Shown one piece after another: positions 29,948-38,346 of a stretch of 64,000 nucleotides of DNA. The notes under the pieces were generated by a model. The model did not search any database. It worked only from the letters and a program-made list of their open reading frames with translations, and was not told the origin of the DNA. Location of the stretch: NCBI GenBank assembly GCA_028870995.1, contig JAGWOI010000010.1, positions 1,775-65,774 on the forward strand, read 5' to 3'. The translations under genes and the position numbers were made by a program. Each line of letters starts with the position of its first letter. Position 1 is the stretch's first letter. This DNA comes from Candidatus Omnitrophota bacterium. GTDB taxonomy: Bacteria; Omnitrophota; Gorgyraeia; Zapsychrales; Fredricksoniimonadaceae.

Positions 29948-30961
29948 TTGATTTCGATAGGTGTTATTGGTTGTGGACATTGGGGACCAAATCACATACG
30001 TGTCTTTTCCCAATTAGTGAATTCCCGTGTCTTGATGGTTGCGGACCTTGACGAAAAGCGTTTGTCCGCCATCAAGGCGCTTTTCCCTGATATCCAAACC
30101 GTCAAGGACTATAACGATATTCTCAAGAATCCGGCCATTGATGCTGTAGTCGTGGCTGTGCCGACGAACTTTCATTTTAAAATTACCCTGGAGGCATTGC
30201 AGGCCGGCAAACACGTGCTTTGCGAGAAACCCCTGGCCATGCGTCCCGAAGAATGCCTCCAATTGGGGGAGGCGTCTAGACAAGCCGGCAAGGCGCTGAT
30301 GGTGGGACATATTTTTGTCTTCAACCAGGGTATTGCCAAGCTGCGCGATTATATTGTGTCCGGTGAATTAGGCAAGGTCCATTACGCGCACTCCCAGCGC
30401 ACCAACCTGGGGCCTTTCCGTTATGACGTCAATGCCCTTTGGGACCTGGCCCCGCACGATATTTCCATTTTTAATTATATTTTTAACAGCGCTCCGGTGT
30501 CGGTTTCCGCCCGGGGCCATAAATGCCTGGGCGGCAATTTGGACGACCTGGGCTTCGCCACGCTTGATTATCCGGACAATATCATGGTCAGCGTGCATGT
30601 CAGCTGGCTGGACCCCAAAAAAGTGCGCCAGATCACGGTCGTGGGGAACCAAAAGATGGCCGCCTGGGACGATCTGGATGTTGAAGGTCCTATTAAGCTT
30701 TACGACAAGCACGTGGAAAAGACGTCCGTGTACTACGAAACCTATGGGGAATTCCAGCTGCTTTCCCGGGAGGGCAGCATCACCATCCCCAAGATCGGTT
30801 TTAACGAACCCTTGAAAGCCCAGGCCCAGTATTTCCTGCAGTGCATTGAAAAGAACCAGCCGCCGGTGATCGCTGATGCCGGCAAGGCCGCGGACGTGGT
30901 GCGTACCTTGGCAGCCATCGGCGAATCCATCAACCGCCGTGGAGAACTGATCAAATTATGA
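29948..30961 (+). CDS. Gfo/Idh/MocA-family NAD-dependent oxidoreductase (WbpB/WlbA-like UDP-sugar 3-dehydrogenase candidate)
   Basis: 'ISIGVIGCGHWGPNHIRVF' Rossmann motif, 'EKPLA' motif. Start placed at the TTG at 29948, which follows a GGGAGGG RBS. Confidence 0.75.
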   Translation: MISIGVIGCGHWGPNHIRVFSQLVNSRVLMVADLDEKRLSAIKALFPDIQTVKDYNDILKNPAIDAVVVAVPTNFHFKITLEALQAGKHVLCEKPLAMRPEECLQLGEASRQAGKALMVGHIFVFNQGIAKLRDYIVSGELGKVHYAHSQRTNLGPFRYDVNALWDLAPHDISIFNYIFNSAPVSVSARGHKCLGGNLDDLGFATLDYPDNIMVSVHVSWLDPKKVRQITVVGNQKMAAWDDLDVEGPIKLYDKHVEKTSVYYETYGEFQLLSREGSITIPKIGFNEPLKAQAQYFLQCIEKNQPPVIADAGKAADVVRTLAAIGESINRRGELIKL

Positions 30962-31512
30962 GTTTTTTTAAACATGAACGGGCCATGGTACACCCGGGGG
31001 CCAAAATCGGCGAAGGCACCCGCATCTGGGCCAACGCCAATGTCATGGAAGAAGCCGTCATCGGCAGCCATTGCAACGTGGGCGACGGCTGTTACATTGA
31101 AAAAGGCGCTGTCATCGGCAGCCATGTGACCGTCAAGAACGGGGTGGCGGTCTTCGATGGTGTTACCATCGAAGACGATGCCTTTATCTCATTCGGGGTC
31201 GCCTTCATCAATGACCGCAATCCCCGCAGCCACCGGGCTGATGCTTGGGAATTGGAAAAAACCCTGGTCCAAAAGGGGGCTACCATCGGTGCTAATGCCA
31301 CCGTGATGTGCGGGATCACCATCGGGGCCTATGCCGTGGTCGGCGCCGGCAGTGTCGTGGTCAAGGATGTCCCTGCTTATACAATCGTGGTGGGCAATCC
31401 GGCGCGCCGGGCAGGCTATGCCTGCCGTTGCGGCCGGCGCTTGAACGACCAATTAAAATGCGCTTGCGGTGCTTCCTACCAACTTAGCCATAACCAGGTC
31501 ATTCCCATATGA
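30958..31512 (+). CDS. Left-handed beta-helix (hexapeptide-repeat) sugar N-acetyltransferase (WbpD/WlbB-like)
   Basis: Repeated [LIV]-G-x-x-x-x hexapeptides 'AKIGEGTRIWANANV..AVIGSHCNVGDGCYI..AVIGSHVTV'. ATGA overlap with the oxidoreductase. Confidence 0.8.
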   Translation: MSFFKHERAMVHPGAKIGEGTRIWANANVMEEAVIGSHCNVGDGCYIEKGAVIGSHVTVKNGVAVFDGVTIEDDAFISFGVAFINDRNPRSHRADAWELEKTLVQKGATIGANATVMCGITIGAYAVVGAGSVVVKDVPAYTIVVGNPARRAGYACRCGRRLNDQLKCACGASYQLSHNQVIPI

Positions 31513-32246
31513 CCCCTAAGATTTTAGTGGTACCGGTGGCTTTCAATGAGAAGATCAAATTGGGCAATGTCATCGAACGCTTTCTTCGTAGCAAGATGCC
31601 GTCTCTGGCAGCTTATTTGATCGTTGATGACGGCTCTGACGACGGCACCACGGAAATGATCGCTTCCTATAAGGAGCGCGGCGTGGCGAGCATCAAACAC
31701 CCTCAGCGCCGGGGTGTCGGGGCCGCCATCCGTACCGGCATCGAATACGCCAGGGGGCAGGGCTACGATATCATCGTGATCATGGCCGGCAATGATAAGG
31801 ATAATCCCGAAGAGATCCTCCAATTGCTCGAGCCCATTGTCAAGGAGGGCTATGACCTGGTGCAGGGTTCCCGGTATTTGGGCAAGGTGGGGTCCGGAGG
31901 GCAGATGCCTTTTTACCGCAAATTCGCCACCCGCCTTCACCCGTGGGTGTTTTCGCTTTTTACCGGCCGGCGCCTGACCGATACCACCAATGGGTTCAGG
32001 GCGATCCGCTTGAAGATCTTTGAGGACAAGCGCATCAATCTCAACCAGGAATGGCTGGACACCTACGAGCTTGAACCTTATATATTATGGAAGGCGATCA
32101 CCTTGGGGTATAGGTTCAAGGAGGTTTTTGTTACCAAGATCTATCCGCCCAAAAAAATGGGCGGGTACACCAAGATGGTCCCCATCATCAGTTGGTGGAG
32201 CATCTTGAAGCCGTTATTTTATCTGCGGTTAGGAATTAAAAAATGA
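31509..32246 (+). CDS. GT2-family glycosyltransferase (DPM1-like polyprenyl-phosphate sugar synthase)
   Basis: 'ILVVPVAFNE', 'YLIVDDGSDDGT' DxD region, 'IIVIMAGNDKDNPEEI', and a C-terminal amphipathic tail. Confidence 0.8.
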   Translation: MTPKILVVPVAFNEKIKLGNVIERFLRSKMPSLAAYLIVDDGSDDGTTEMIASYKERGVASIKHPQRRGVGAAIRTGIEYARGQGYDIIVIMAGNDKDNPEEILQLLEPIVKEGYDLVQGSRYLGKVGSGGQMPFYRKFATRLHPWVFSLFTGRRLTDTTNGFRAIRLKIFEDKRINLNQEWLDTYELEPYILWKAITLGYRFKEVFVTKIYPPKKMGGYTKMVPIISWWSILKPLFYLRLGIKK

Positions 32247-32974
32247 AATTATACGGTAAAAACCCTGTCATCGAAAGGCTCAAGTCCAATCCGAAGTCCA
32301 TCCAACGGATCCTGATCGATGAGCATCATGCGGATTTGAGTTATATCCGCAAGAAATGCCATCAATGGGGGATCAGTGTGGCCACAGTACCGCATTCCAA
32401 GATCCAGCGCATGGCGCAGAACCTTAATACCCAAGGGATCCTGGCTGAGATCGGCGATTTTGTCTATGTCCCCATCGACGAACTGCTGCAGCAGGCTTTG
32501 GATAAAAAGCGCACGCCGGTTTTCCTGGATAATTTAAACGACCCCCAGAATCTGGGCGGCATCATCCGCAGCTGCGGGGCGCTGGGCGACTTCGATATCG
32601 TCATCCCGACCACGGAATCCGTCGGTATTACGGAATCCGTGCTGAGGGTGGCCTGCGGCGGAGAGAATTATTTGAGTGTCGCCCGCGTGTCCAATTTGGG
32701 CCATGCTATCGAAAGGGCCAAGAAAATGGGGTTCTGGATCGTGGGCACCGTGGTTGAAGGTGCCGGCAGTTTGACATCAGCAGAACTGCAATTCCCTTTA
32801 GGGCTGGTCATGGGATCCGAGGAAAAAGGCGTCAGGGACATCATCCTTAAAAAACTGGACATGCAGGTGATGGTCCCCATGAAAAATCAACGCATGTCGC
32901 TTAATGTCGCCCACGCGACGTCCATGTTGTGCTATGAAATCATCCGCCAAAAAAAGCAGAAAAGTCTCATCTGA
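32243..32974 (+). CDS. rlmB: TrmH/SpoU-family RNA 2'-O-methyltransferase (RlmB-like)
   Basis: 'LDNLNDPQNLGGIIRSCGALG' and 'GSEEKGV' SPOUT motifs. N-terminal substrate-binding domain. Confidence 0.8.
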   Translation: MKLYGKNPVIERLKSNPKSIQRILIDEHHADLSYIRKKCHQWGISVATVPHSKIQRMAQNLNTQGILAEIGDFVYVPIDELLQQALDKKRTPVFLDNLNDPQNLGGIIRSCGALGDFDIVIPTTESVGITESVLRVACGGENYLSVARVSNLGHAIERAKKMGFWIVGTVVEGAGSLTSAELQFPLGLVMGSEEKGVRDIILKKLDMQVMVPMKNQRMSLNVAHATSMLCYEIIRQKKQKSLI

Positions 32975-33542
32975 AACAGCTGCCCTCAATTTTTTTGCCG
33001 AAGCCGGCCTTTTAAAACGCGTCAAGCGCAGCGGCTGGTGGGTGGCCGGCATCGAAAATCCTGAGACCGTGGCCGAGCACTGTTTCCGCTGCGCGGTCAT
33101 CGGGTACTACATCGCGCATGGGGAAGGAGTTGATCCTTTCAAGGTGGTGACCATGACGCTTTTTAATGACATCCATGAAGCCCGCATTAATGACCTCCAT
33201 AAAATGGGCCACCATTACATCGAGTTCCGCCTGGCGGAACAGAAAGTGTTCGCCGACCAGATCGCGCACCTGGAAGATAAGGTCAAGGCCGCTTTGCAGG
33301 CCATGCGCCAGGATTATGACCGCCAGCTTTCCCGGGAAAGCATCGTGGCGCGGGACGCCGATATCCTGGAATGCCTGATCCAGGCCAAGGAATACGTGGA
33401 TAACGGTTATCCGGTGGCCAGGACATTTTTTAAACGCGCTCCCGATTATCTTAAAACCACGACCGCCAGGCAGTTATGGAAAAAAGCCATTTCCTGGGAC
33501 AGCCATGCCTGGTGGCAGAACGTGGTTAAATTTGAGCGATAA
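32934..33542 (+). CDS. HD-domain phosphohydrolase (YfbR-like 5'-deoxynucleotidase family)
   Basis: 'LKRVKRSGW...ENPETVAEHCFRCAVIGYYIA' H..HD motif region. Overlaps rlmB by ~40 nt, so the start is uncertain. Confidence 0.65.
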   Translation: MKSSAKKSRKVSSETAALNFFAEAGLLKRVKRSGWWVAGIENPETVAEHCFRCAVIGYYIAHGEGVDPFKVVTMTLFNDIHEARINDLHKMGHHYIEFRLAEQKVFADQIAHLEDKVKAALQAMRQDYDRQLSRESIVARDADILECLIQAKEYVDNGYPVARTFFKRAPDYLKTTTARQLWKKAISWDSHAWWQNVVKFER

Positions 33543-33593
33543 ATAAAATCTTATAGTTGCCACCCTTAAGGTTTAAGTGGTAGGATAATACCC

Positions 33594-33893
33594 ATGCGTC
33601 GCATAGGAATTGCTGCCAGCAAAATGTCCAAGGGCTCCTTGTTGGGCTACAATCTTTGCGTCATTTTGATTGCCTGCCTCTTCTCTCTTCTTGTCTTTCT
33701 TATCTGCGGGTTCGCCATTCTGCCCATCGTATTTTTGGTTTTTTTGGTCTTGCATGCGGTGAAGGTCACCGGTTTTCATACGGAATGGATCCATGTATTT
33801 AAGATATGTTTGTTGTTCTTAGGTGTTGTCACCGGCATCTTTACGGTCATTGCCATTGTCAAGAACCTCCAATTGACCAAAAATAAAACATGA
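33594..33893 (+). CDS. Small hydrophobic protein (3 predicted TM), hypothetical
   Basis: The ORF ends with an ATGA overlap onto the downstream hybrid HK. No family assignment. Confidence 0.3.
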   Translation: MRRIGIAASKMSKGSLLGYNLCVILIACLFSLLVFLICGFAILPIVFLVFLVLHAVKVTGFHTEWIHVFKICLLFLGVVTGIFTVIAIVKNLQLTKNKT

Positions 33894-35872
33894 AAAAGTT
33901 CAAGGGCTTTAAAATTGAGGAGCAGCTGGAGCAGGACTTGATCGAGTCCAAGCAGTTGTTTAAGATCGTCTTTGAAAACTCTCCTTCCGCCATCACTGTC
34001 ACCGACAGTAAAGAACGCATCGTGGCCTGGAATTCCATGGCGGAAAAGATGCTGGGAATGAGCAGGGATGACCTGTTCAACAAGCCCGTCAGCATTTTAT
34101 ATCCCCCCAAGGAATGGAAGCGTTTCCGTTCCTTGAACATCCGCCATCATGGCATGCTTTCCAATATCGATACCAAGGTCATTTGCAAGGACGGCACGCT
34201 TTTGGACGTCAGCGCTTCCATTTCCGTTTTGAAGGACAGCCGCGGCAAGGTGGTCGGTTCCATCGGGATCTTAAATGACATTACACGCGAGAAACTGGCG
34301 GAACATCAGTTGCGCGAATCGGAGAACAAGTTGCGCATCATCCTGGATAACTCGGCCGCGGCCATCACCGTGACGGATGAAAAGGAACGGATCGTTTCCT
34401 GGAACAAGTTCGCCGAACAGCTTTTCGGCATGGATGTCAAGGAGCTGCTGTTGAGGCCGGTCAACACCTTGTACCCGCCGGAAGAATGGAAGGCCATTCG
34501 CTCGCTTAATATCCGCCAGAGCGGCTTTAAACATCATTTGGAAACCAGGGCCATCCGCAAGGACGGTTCCATCATCGACGTGGATTTGTCAGTCAATATC
34601 CTCAAGGACGAGCAGGGCAACATCGTCGGTTCCGTGGGGATGCTGCAGGACATCACCGAGCAAAAGCGCGCCAAGGAATTGATCGTGCAGGCCAAACTTG
34701 CGGCGGAAGAGGCCAATACCGCCAAGAGCATCTTTCTGGCCAAAATGTCTCATGAGGTCCGTACGCCCATGAACGCCATCATCGGCATGATCGACCTGAC
34801 CCTGGACACGCCCTTGAATGAGGAGCAGCAGGACAATTTAAAGGTGGCCAAGGATGCGGCGGATAATTTGTTGAGCCTTATCAATGATATCCTGGATCTC
34901 TCCCGTGCCCAGGCGGGCAAGGTGGTGATCGAGGATCTGGAAATCAACGTGCCCGACATCGTCAAGAATGTGTGCAAAGGCCTGATGGTCCTGGCGCGCA
35001 ACAAGGGCATCGATGTGGTCTGGACCATTGATCCCGCCATCCCCAGGATCCTGGTGGGAGATCCCGTAAGGCTCAGGCAGGTCCTGGTCAACCTCATCAA
35101 CAATGCCGTCAAATTCACCCATAAAGGCAAGGTGCAGGTCAATGTGAAGGTCAAAGCCCTGGGAGAAAAGGACTGCGAGCTGGCATTTGAGGTCATCGAT
35201 AACGGCATCGGTATTTCGCCCAAGAACCTTCCCCATATTTTTGATGTCTTTACCGACGCGCACAATGCCACGGCCCGCCGCTATGGCGGTACCGGCCTGG
35301 GACTGGCTATTTGCAAGAAGATCGTTGAGATGATGCGGGGACACATCGAAGTGGACAGCAAGGAAGGTGAAGGCAGCGCCTTCCGTTTTGATATTATTTT
35401 CGGATACAAGCCGGATGTGTTTGCCGGTGCGCCTGTCGAGCAGAAGCCTTCACAGGAGGCGGGGCCTGCGCTGCCTCCGGAATTGGTCAACTTGCGCATT
35501 TTATTGGCCGAGGACAACATGGTCAACCAGCGTATCGCCACCAAAATCCTGGAAAAACTGGGATGGAAGGTCACCGCCGTTGCCAATGGCCAGGAAGTGT
35601 TGAATGTGTTGAACAATCAAACCTTTGATGTCATCCTGATGGATGATAATATGCCTGTGCTGGGCGGGTTGGAAACGGTCCAGGTCATCCGCAGGGAAGA
35701 AAAACAAACGGGCCTGCATGTGCCCGTCATCGCCATGACGGCCAACGCCATGGCCGGGGACAGGGAACGGTATTTGGCGGGCGGGATGGACGGCTATGTC
35801 TCCAAGCCCATTGACCGCCAATTGCTTTATCAGGAAATTGTCAGTCTTGTGACCCAACGGTTGAAGAGTTAA
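33890..35872 (+). CDS. Hybrid sensor histidine kinase with tandem PAS domains (PAS-PAS-HisKA-HATPase_c-receiver)
   Basis: Two ~110-aa PAS modules with near-identical motifs ('ITVTDSKERIVAWNSMAEKMLGM' / 'ITVTDEKERIVSWNKFAEQLFGM'). H-box 'SHEVRTPMN'. 'GGTGLGLAICKKIVEMMRGH'. C-terminal receiver 'ILLAEDNMVNQ...LMDDNMPVLGG'. Confidence 0.85.
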   Translation: MKKFKGFKIEEQLEQDLIESKQLFKIVFENSPSAITVTDSKERIVAWNSMAEKMLGMSRDDLFNKPVSILYPPKEWKRFRSLNIRHHGMLSNIDTKVICKDGTLLDVSASISVLKDSRGKVVGSIGILNDITREKLAEHQLRESENKLRIILDNSAAAITVTDEKERIVSWNKFAEQLFGMDVKELLLRPVNTLYPPEEWKAIRSLNIRQSGFKHHLETRAIRKDGSIIDVDLSVNILKDEQGNIVGSVGMLQDITEQKRAKELIVQAKLAAEEANTAKSIFLAKMSHEVRTPMNAIIGMIDLTLDTPLNEEQQDNLKVAKDAADNLLSLINDILDLSRAQAGKVVIEDLEINVPDIVKNVCKGLMVLARNKGIDVVWTIDPAIPRILVGDPVRLRQVLVNLINNAVKFTHKGKVQVNVKVKALGEKDCELAFEVIDNGIGISPKNLPHIFDVFTDAHNATARRYGGTGLGLAICKKIVEMMRGHIEVDSKEGEGSAFRFDIIFGYKPDVFAGAPVEQKPSQEAGPALPPELVNLRILLAEDNMVNQRIATKILEKLGWKVTAVANGQEVLNVLNNQTFDVILMDDNMPVLGGLETVQVIRREEKQTGLHVPVIAMTANAMAGDRERYLAGGMDGYVSKPIDRQLLYQEIVSLVTQRLKS

Positions 35873-35898
35873 GAAAGCTATTAAAGAGAAAGGCAGCC

Positions 35899-36252
35899 AT
35901 GAGCACAGAAATCATCGATTTAAAAGACGTATTGGAACGCGTTCAAGACGACAAGGAATTGCTTAATGAACTGCTTGATATTTATATAGAAGATTTTGCC
36001 ATTAAACGCAAAGGCCTGGATGAAGCCATCGCCGCCGGGGACGCCGTGCGCATCAGGGAAATCGCCCACTCGATGAAGGGCGCTTCCGGCAACATTTCCG
36101 CCAAGCTCATGTATACCGCCTGCCTTAAATTGGAGACCATGGCCAAGGAAGGCAAGACCGACGGCATGCAGGAAATAGCGTCATCCCTCGACGGGTATTT
36201 TGAGGAGATCAAGATCTTTGCCGCCCGTTTTAAAAAAGAACTGGCAGGCTAG
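35899..36252 (+). CDS. Hpt (histidine phosphotransfer) domain protein
   Basis: 'IREIAHSMKGASGNISA' is the conserved Hpt HxxKG motif. 117 aa all-helical. Confidence 0.7.
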   Translation: MSTEIIDLKDVLERVQDDKELLNELLDIYIEDFAIKRKGLDEAIAAGDAVRIREIAHSMKGASGNISAKLMYTACLKLETMAKEGKTDGMQEIASSLDGYFEEIKIFAARFKKELAG

Positions 36253-36263
36253 AGAGCCGACCG

Positions 36264-37658
36264 ATGAGCCCCGCCGGCCGTTTTTTGGCGCTGGTTTTGC
36301 TGGGATTAGCGGCCTTTTTTAATGCCCTGGGCAATCCCTTTGTCCACGATGATGTTGTCTTTATCCTCAAGAATCCCCACATCACAGATTTAAACCATTG
36401 GTGGCAGGCCTTCCAGGTGTCCACGGCGGCCGGAGGGCTTAACACGTATTACCGTCCGCTCCTGGAGATCTTTTATCGCCTGGAATACCGCCTTTTCGGC
36501 CCCCATCCTTTTGGTTTTCACCTGGTCAATGTCATCATCCATATCATCAACGGGCTGTTGCTTTTGGCCTTATTGGAAAGACTGGGCCTCAAGAAGCCGG
36601 TGGCCTGGGTTGTGGCCGCTCTTTTCCTCGTTCATCCGGTGCAGACCGAAGCGGTCGACTGCATTGCCGGGATCTCCAATCTTTGGATGGCCCTGGGTGT
36701 TTTAGGCGCCCTGCATGCTTATTTAGAAAGACGGCATGTTCTCGCCTTGCTTTGTTTTGTGGCCGCCTGCCTGGGAAAGGAACAGGCCTTGATGTTCATC
36801 CCCCTGGCCGTCGCCATCGATTGTTACCGGGGGCAAAGGAATGTTGTTGCCTGGTTTTTTTATACAGCGGCGGCCGTTGTTTTGCTGGCCTTGAGGCACA
36901 TGGTGACTGGCGCCTCGCTGCTGAAGGCTGTCATGGCATCGCCGGGTGAGTTTGGTTTAAGGCTGGCGGCGATCGCCCGGGATATCCTTATGTATGTGCG
37001 GTTGATAGTCTTCCCTTATGACCTGCATTATTACCGCAATACGGACATCTTGCAGCCCGATCATCAGGCGTGGTGCCTGTTAGGGATAGCCGTATTGGTC
37101 ATTCTTTTTATCTACAGGCGTCGTCCGCAGGCGCGGGGGATATTGGTGCTGGGGCTGGGTTGGTTTACGGCAGCGCTTCTGCCGGTGTTGAACGTGGTCC
37201 CTCTGGTCAATGAATATTCCTTTATCCTTACACCGGAGCATTTTTTGTATTTACCCATGGCGGGCATCCTTATCCTTTTGGTGACGACGGTCGATCATTT
37301 TATGAAAGATTTCAAAAAATTTCTGACAGGCGTTGTCCTGGCAGGATGCCTGCTGCTGACATGGCACCAGAACACCTTTTGGTCCAGTGAAATCGCCCTG
37401 TTTGAACGGATGCTGACCTTTGAGCCTGATTTCGGCCGCGGACAATTGCTTTTGGCCAAGGCTTATTATTTTAACGGGCAGCCGCAGATGGCCCAGCCGC
37501 ATTTTCAAAAAGCTTTTGCCATCATGTCTGCGTATGCCCAAAAAACAACCAATGCCAATGCCAAAAGGTTCTACCTGCGTTATCTCAACGAGATTGCCTA
37601 CTATTGGTCCAAAAACCAATGCTTGATGGGAAAAGGCAGATGTGATAGAAAGGTCTGA
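36264..37658 (+). CDS. TMTC/PMT-like polytopic membrane protein with C-terminal TPR (putative glycosyltransferase, DUF1736-like)
   Basis: 'NPFVHDDVVFILKNPHI' acidic motif in the first loop after TM1. ~10 TM. C-terminal TPR-like 'LLLAKAYYFNGQPQMAQPHFQKAFAI'. Confidence 0.5.
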   Translation: MSPAGRFLALVLLGLAAFFNALGNPFVHDDVVFILKNPHITDLNHWWQAFQVSTAAGGLNTYYRPLLEIFYRLEYRLFGPHPFGFHLVNVIIHIINGLLLLALLERLGLKKPVAWVVAALFLVHPVQTEAVDCIAGISNLWMALGVLGALHAYLERRHVLALLCFVAACLGKEQALMFIPLAVAIDCYRGQRNVVAWFFYTAAAVVLLALRHMVTGASLLKAVMASPGEFGLRLAAIARDILMYVRLIVFPYDLHYYRNTDILQPDHQAWCLLGIAVLVILFIYRRRPQARGILVLGLGWFTAALLPVLNVVPLVNEYSFILTPEHFLYLPMAGILILLVTTVDHFMKDFKKFLTGVVLAGCLLLTWHQNTFWSSEIALFERMLTFEPDFGRGQLLLAKAYYFNGQPQMAQPHFQKAFAIMSAYAQKTTNANAKRFYLRYLNEIAYYWSKNQCLMGKGRCDRKV

Positions 37659-38346
37659 TATGTTCTGGATCATTATCTTGTGTTTTGGGGTGTTGGTCGC
37701 CTTAGGTGTAGCCGTTTATCTGCTGCCTGCCGACCCCGCCGTCAAAACCAAAAAGAAGAAGGAAAAGAAAGCGGCTGCGGCGGCCGCTCCGGCAGCCGCT
37801 GATACCAAGGACTGGAAATCTGCGGCGGAACGCTGGCAGGGGCAGAACCAGGCCCTTCGGGGCGAGATCGAGAAAATGAAAATGGACCAGCGGCGCGCCC
37901 AGCAAGCGGCTGACGAACAAAAAACTCAAGTGAAAGAATTGACCGAGAAACTGGCGCTTGAAAAAAGCTGGCGCGAAAAAGAGCAGGCCGCCATGGAGAG
38001 GTCCAAGCAGCATGAAAAAGGCTTAAAAGAGCAGGTGTCCCGGACCGAGGGTGACCTGGAGAAGGAGCGTTCGCACCGTTCGCGGCTGGAAAGGGAGCTG
38101 CAGGAACTAAGGATCAAGTACGATCAAATCATCGACGAGAAACGCCAGCTTTCCATTAAGGCCGGCAGCCAGCAGGCCACTCTGGAATCCAATGCCAGGG
38201 AAATCCGGGCCTTAAAGGACGAGTGTGTCCAACTGAAAGAAAGACGGGAAGACGTCCAATGGGTGGCCAAAAGCGAAGTCGATGAATTAAAAAAGGCCCT
38301 TGCCGCCAAAGAGCAGGAGCTGGCCCGCCTAAAAACAACCTCATGA
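37642..38346 (+). CDS. Membrane-anchored coiled-coil protein (Lys/Ala-rich linker, hypothetical)
   Basis: TM 'FWIIILCFGVLVALGVAVYLL', 'KTKKKKEKKAAAAAAPAAA' linker, then ~170 aa of heptad-like charged sequence. Confidence 0.5.
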   Translation: MIERSDMFWIIILCFGVLVALGVAVYLLPADPAVKTKKKKEKKAAAAAAPAAADTKDWKSAAERWQGQNQALRGEIEKMKMDQRRAQQAADEQKTQVKELTEKLALEKSWREKEQAAMERSKQHEKGLKEQVSRTEGDLEKERSHRSRLERELQELRIKYDQIIDEKRQLSIKAGSQQATLESNAREIRALKDECVQLKERREDVQWVAKSEVDELKKALAAKEQELARLKTTS

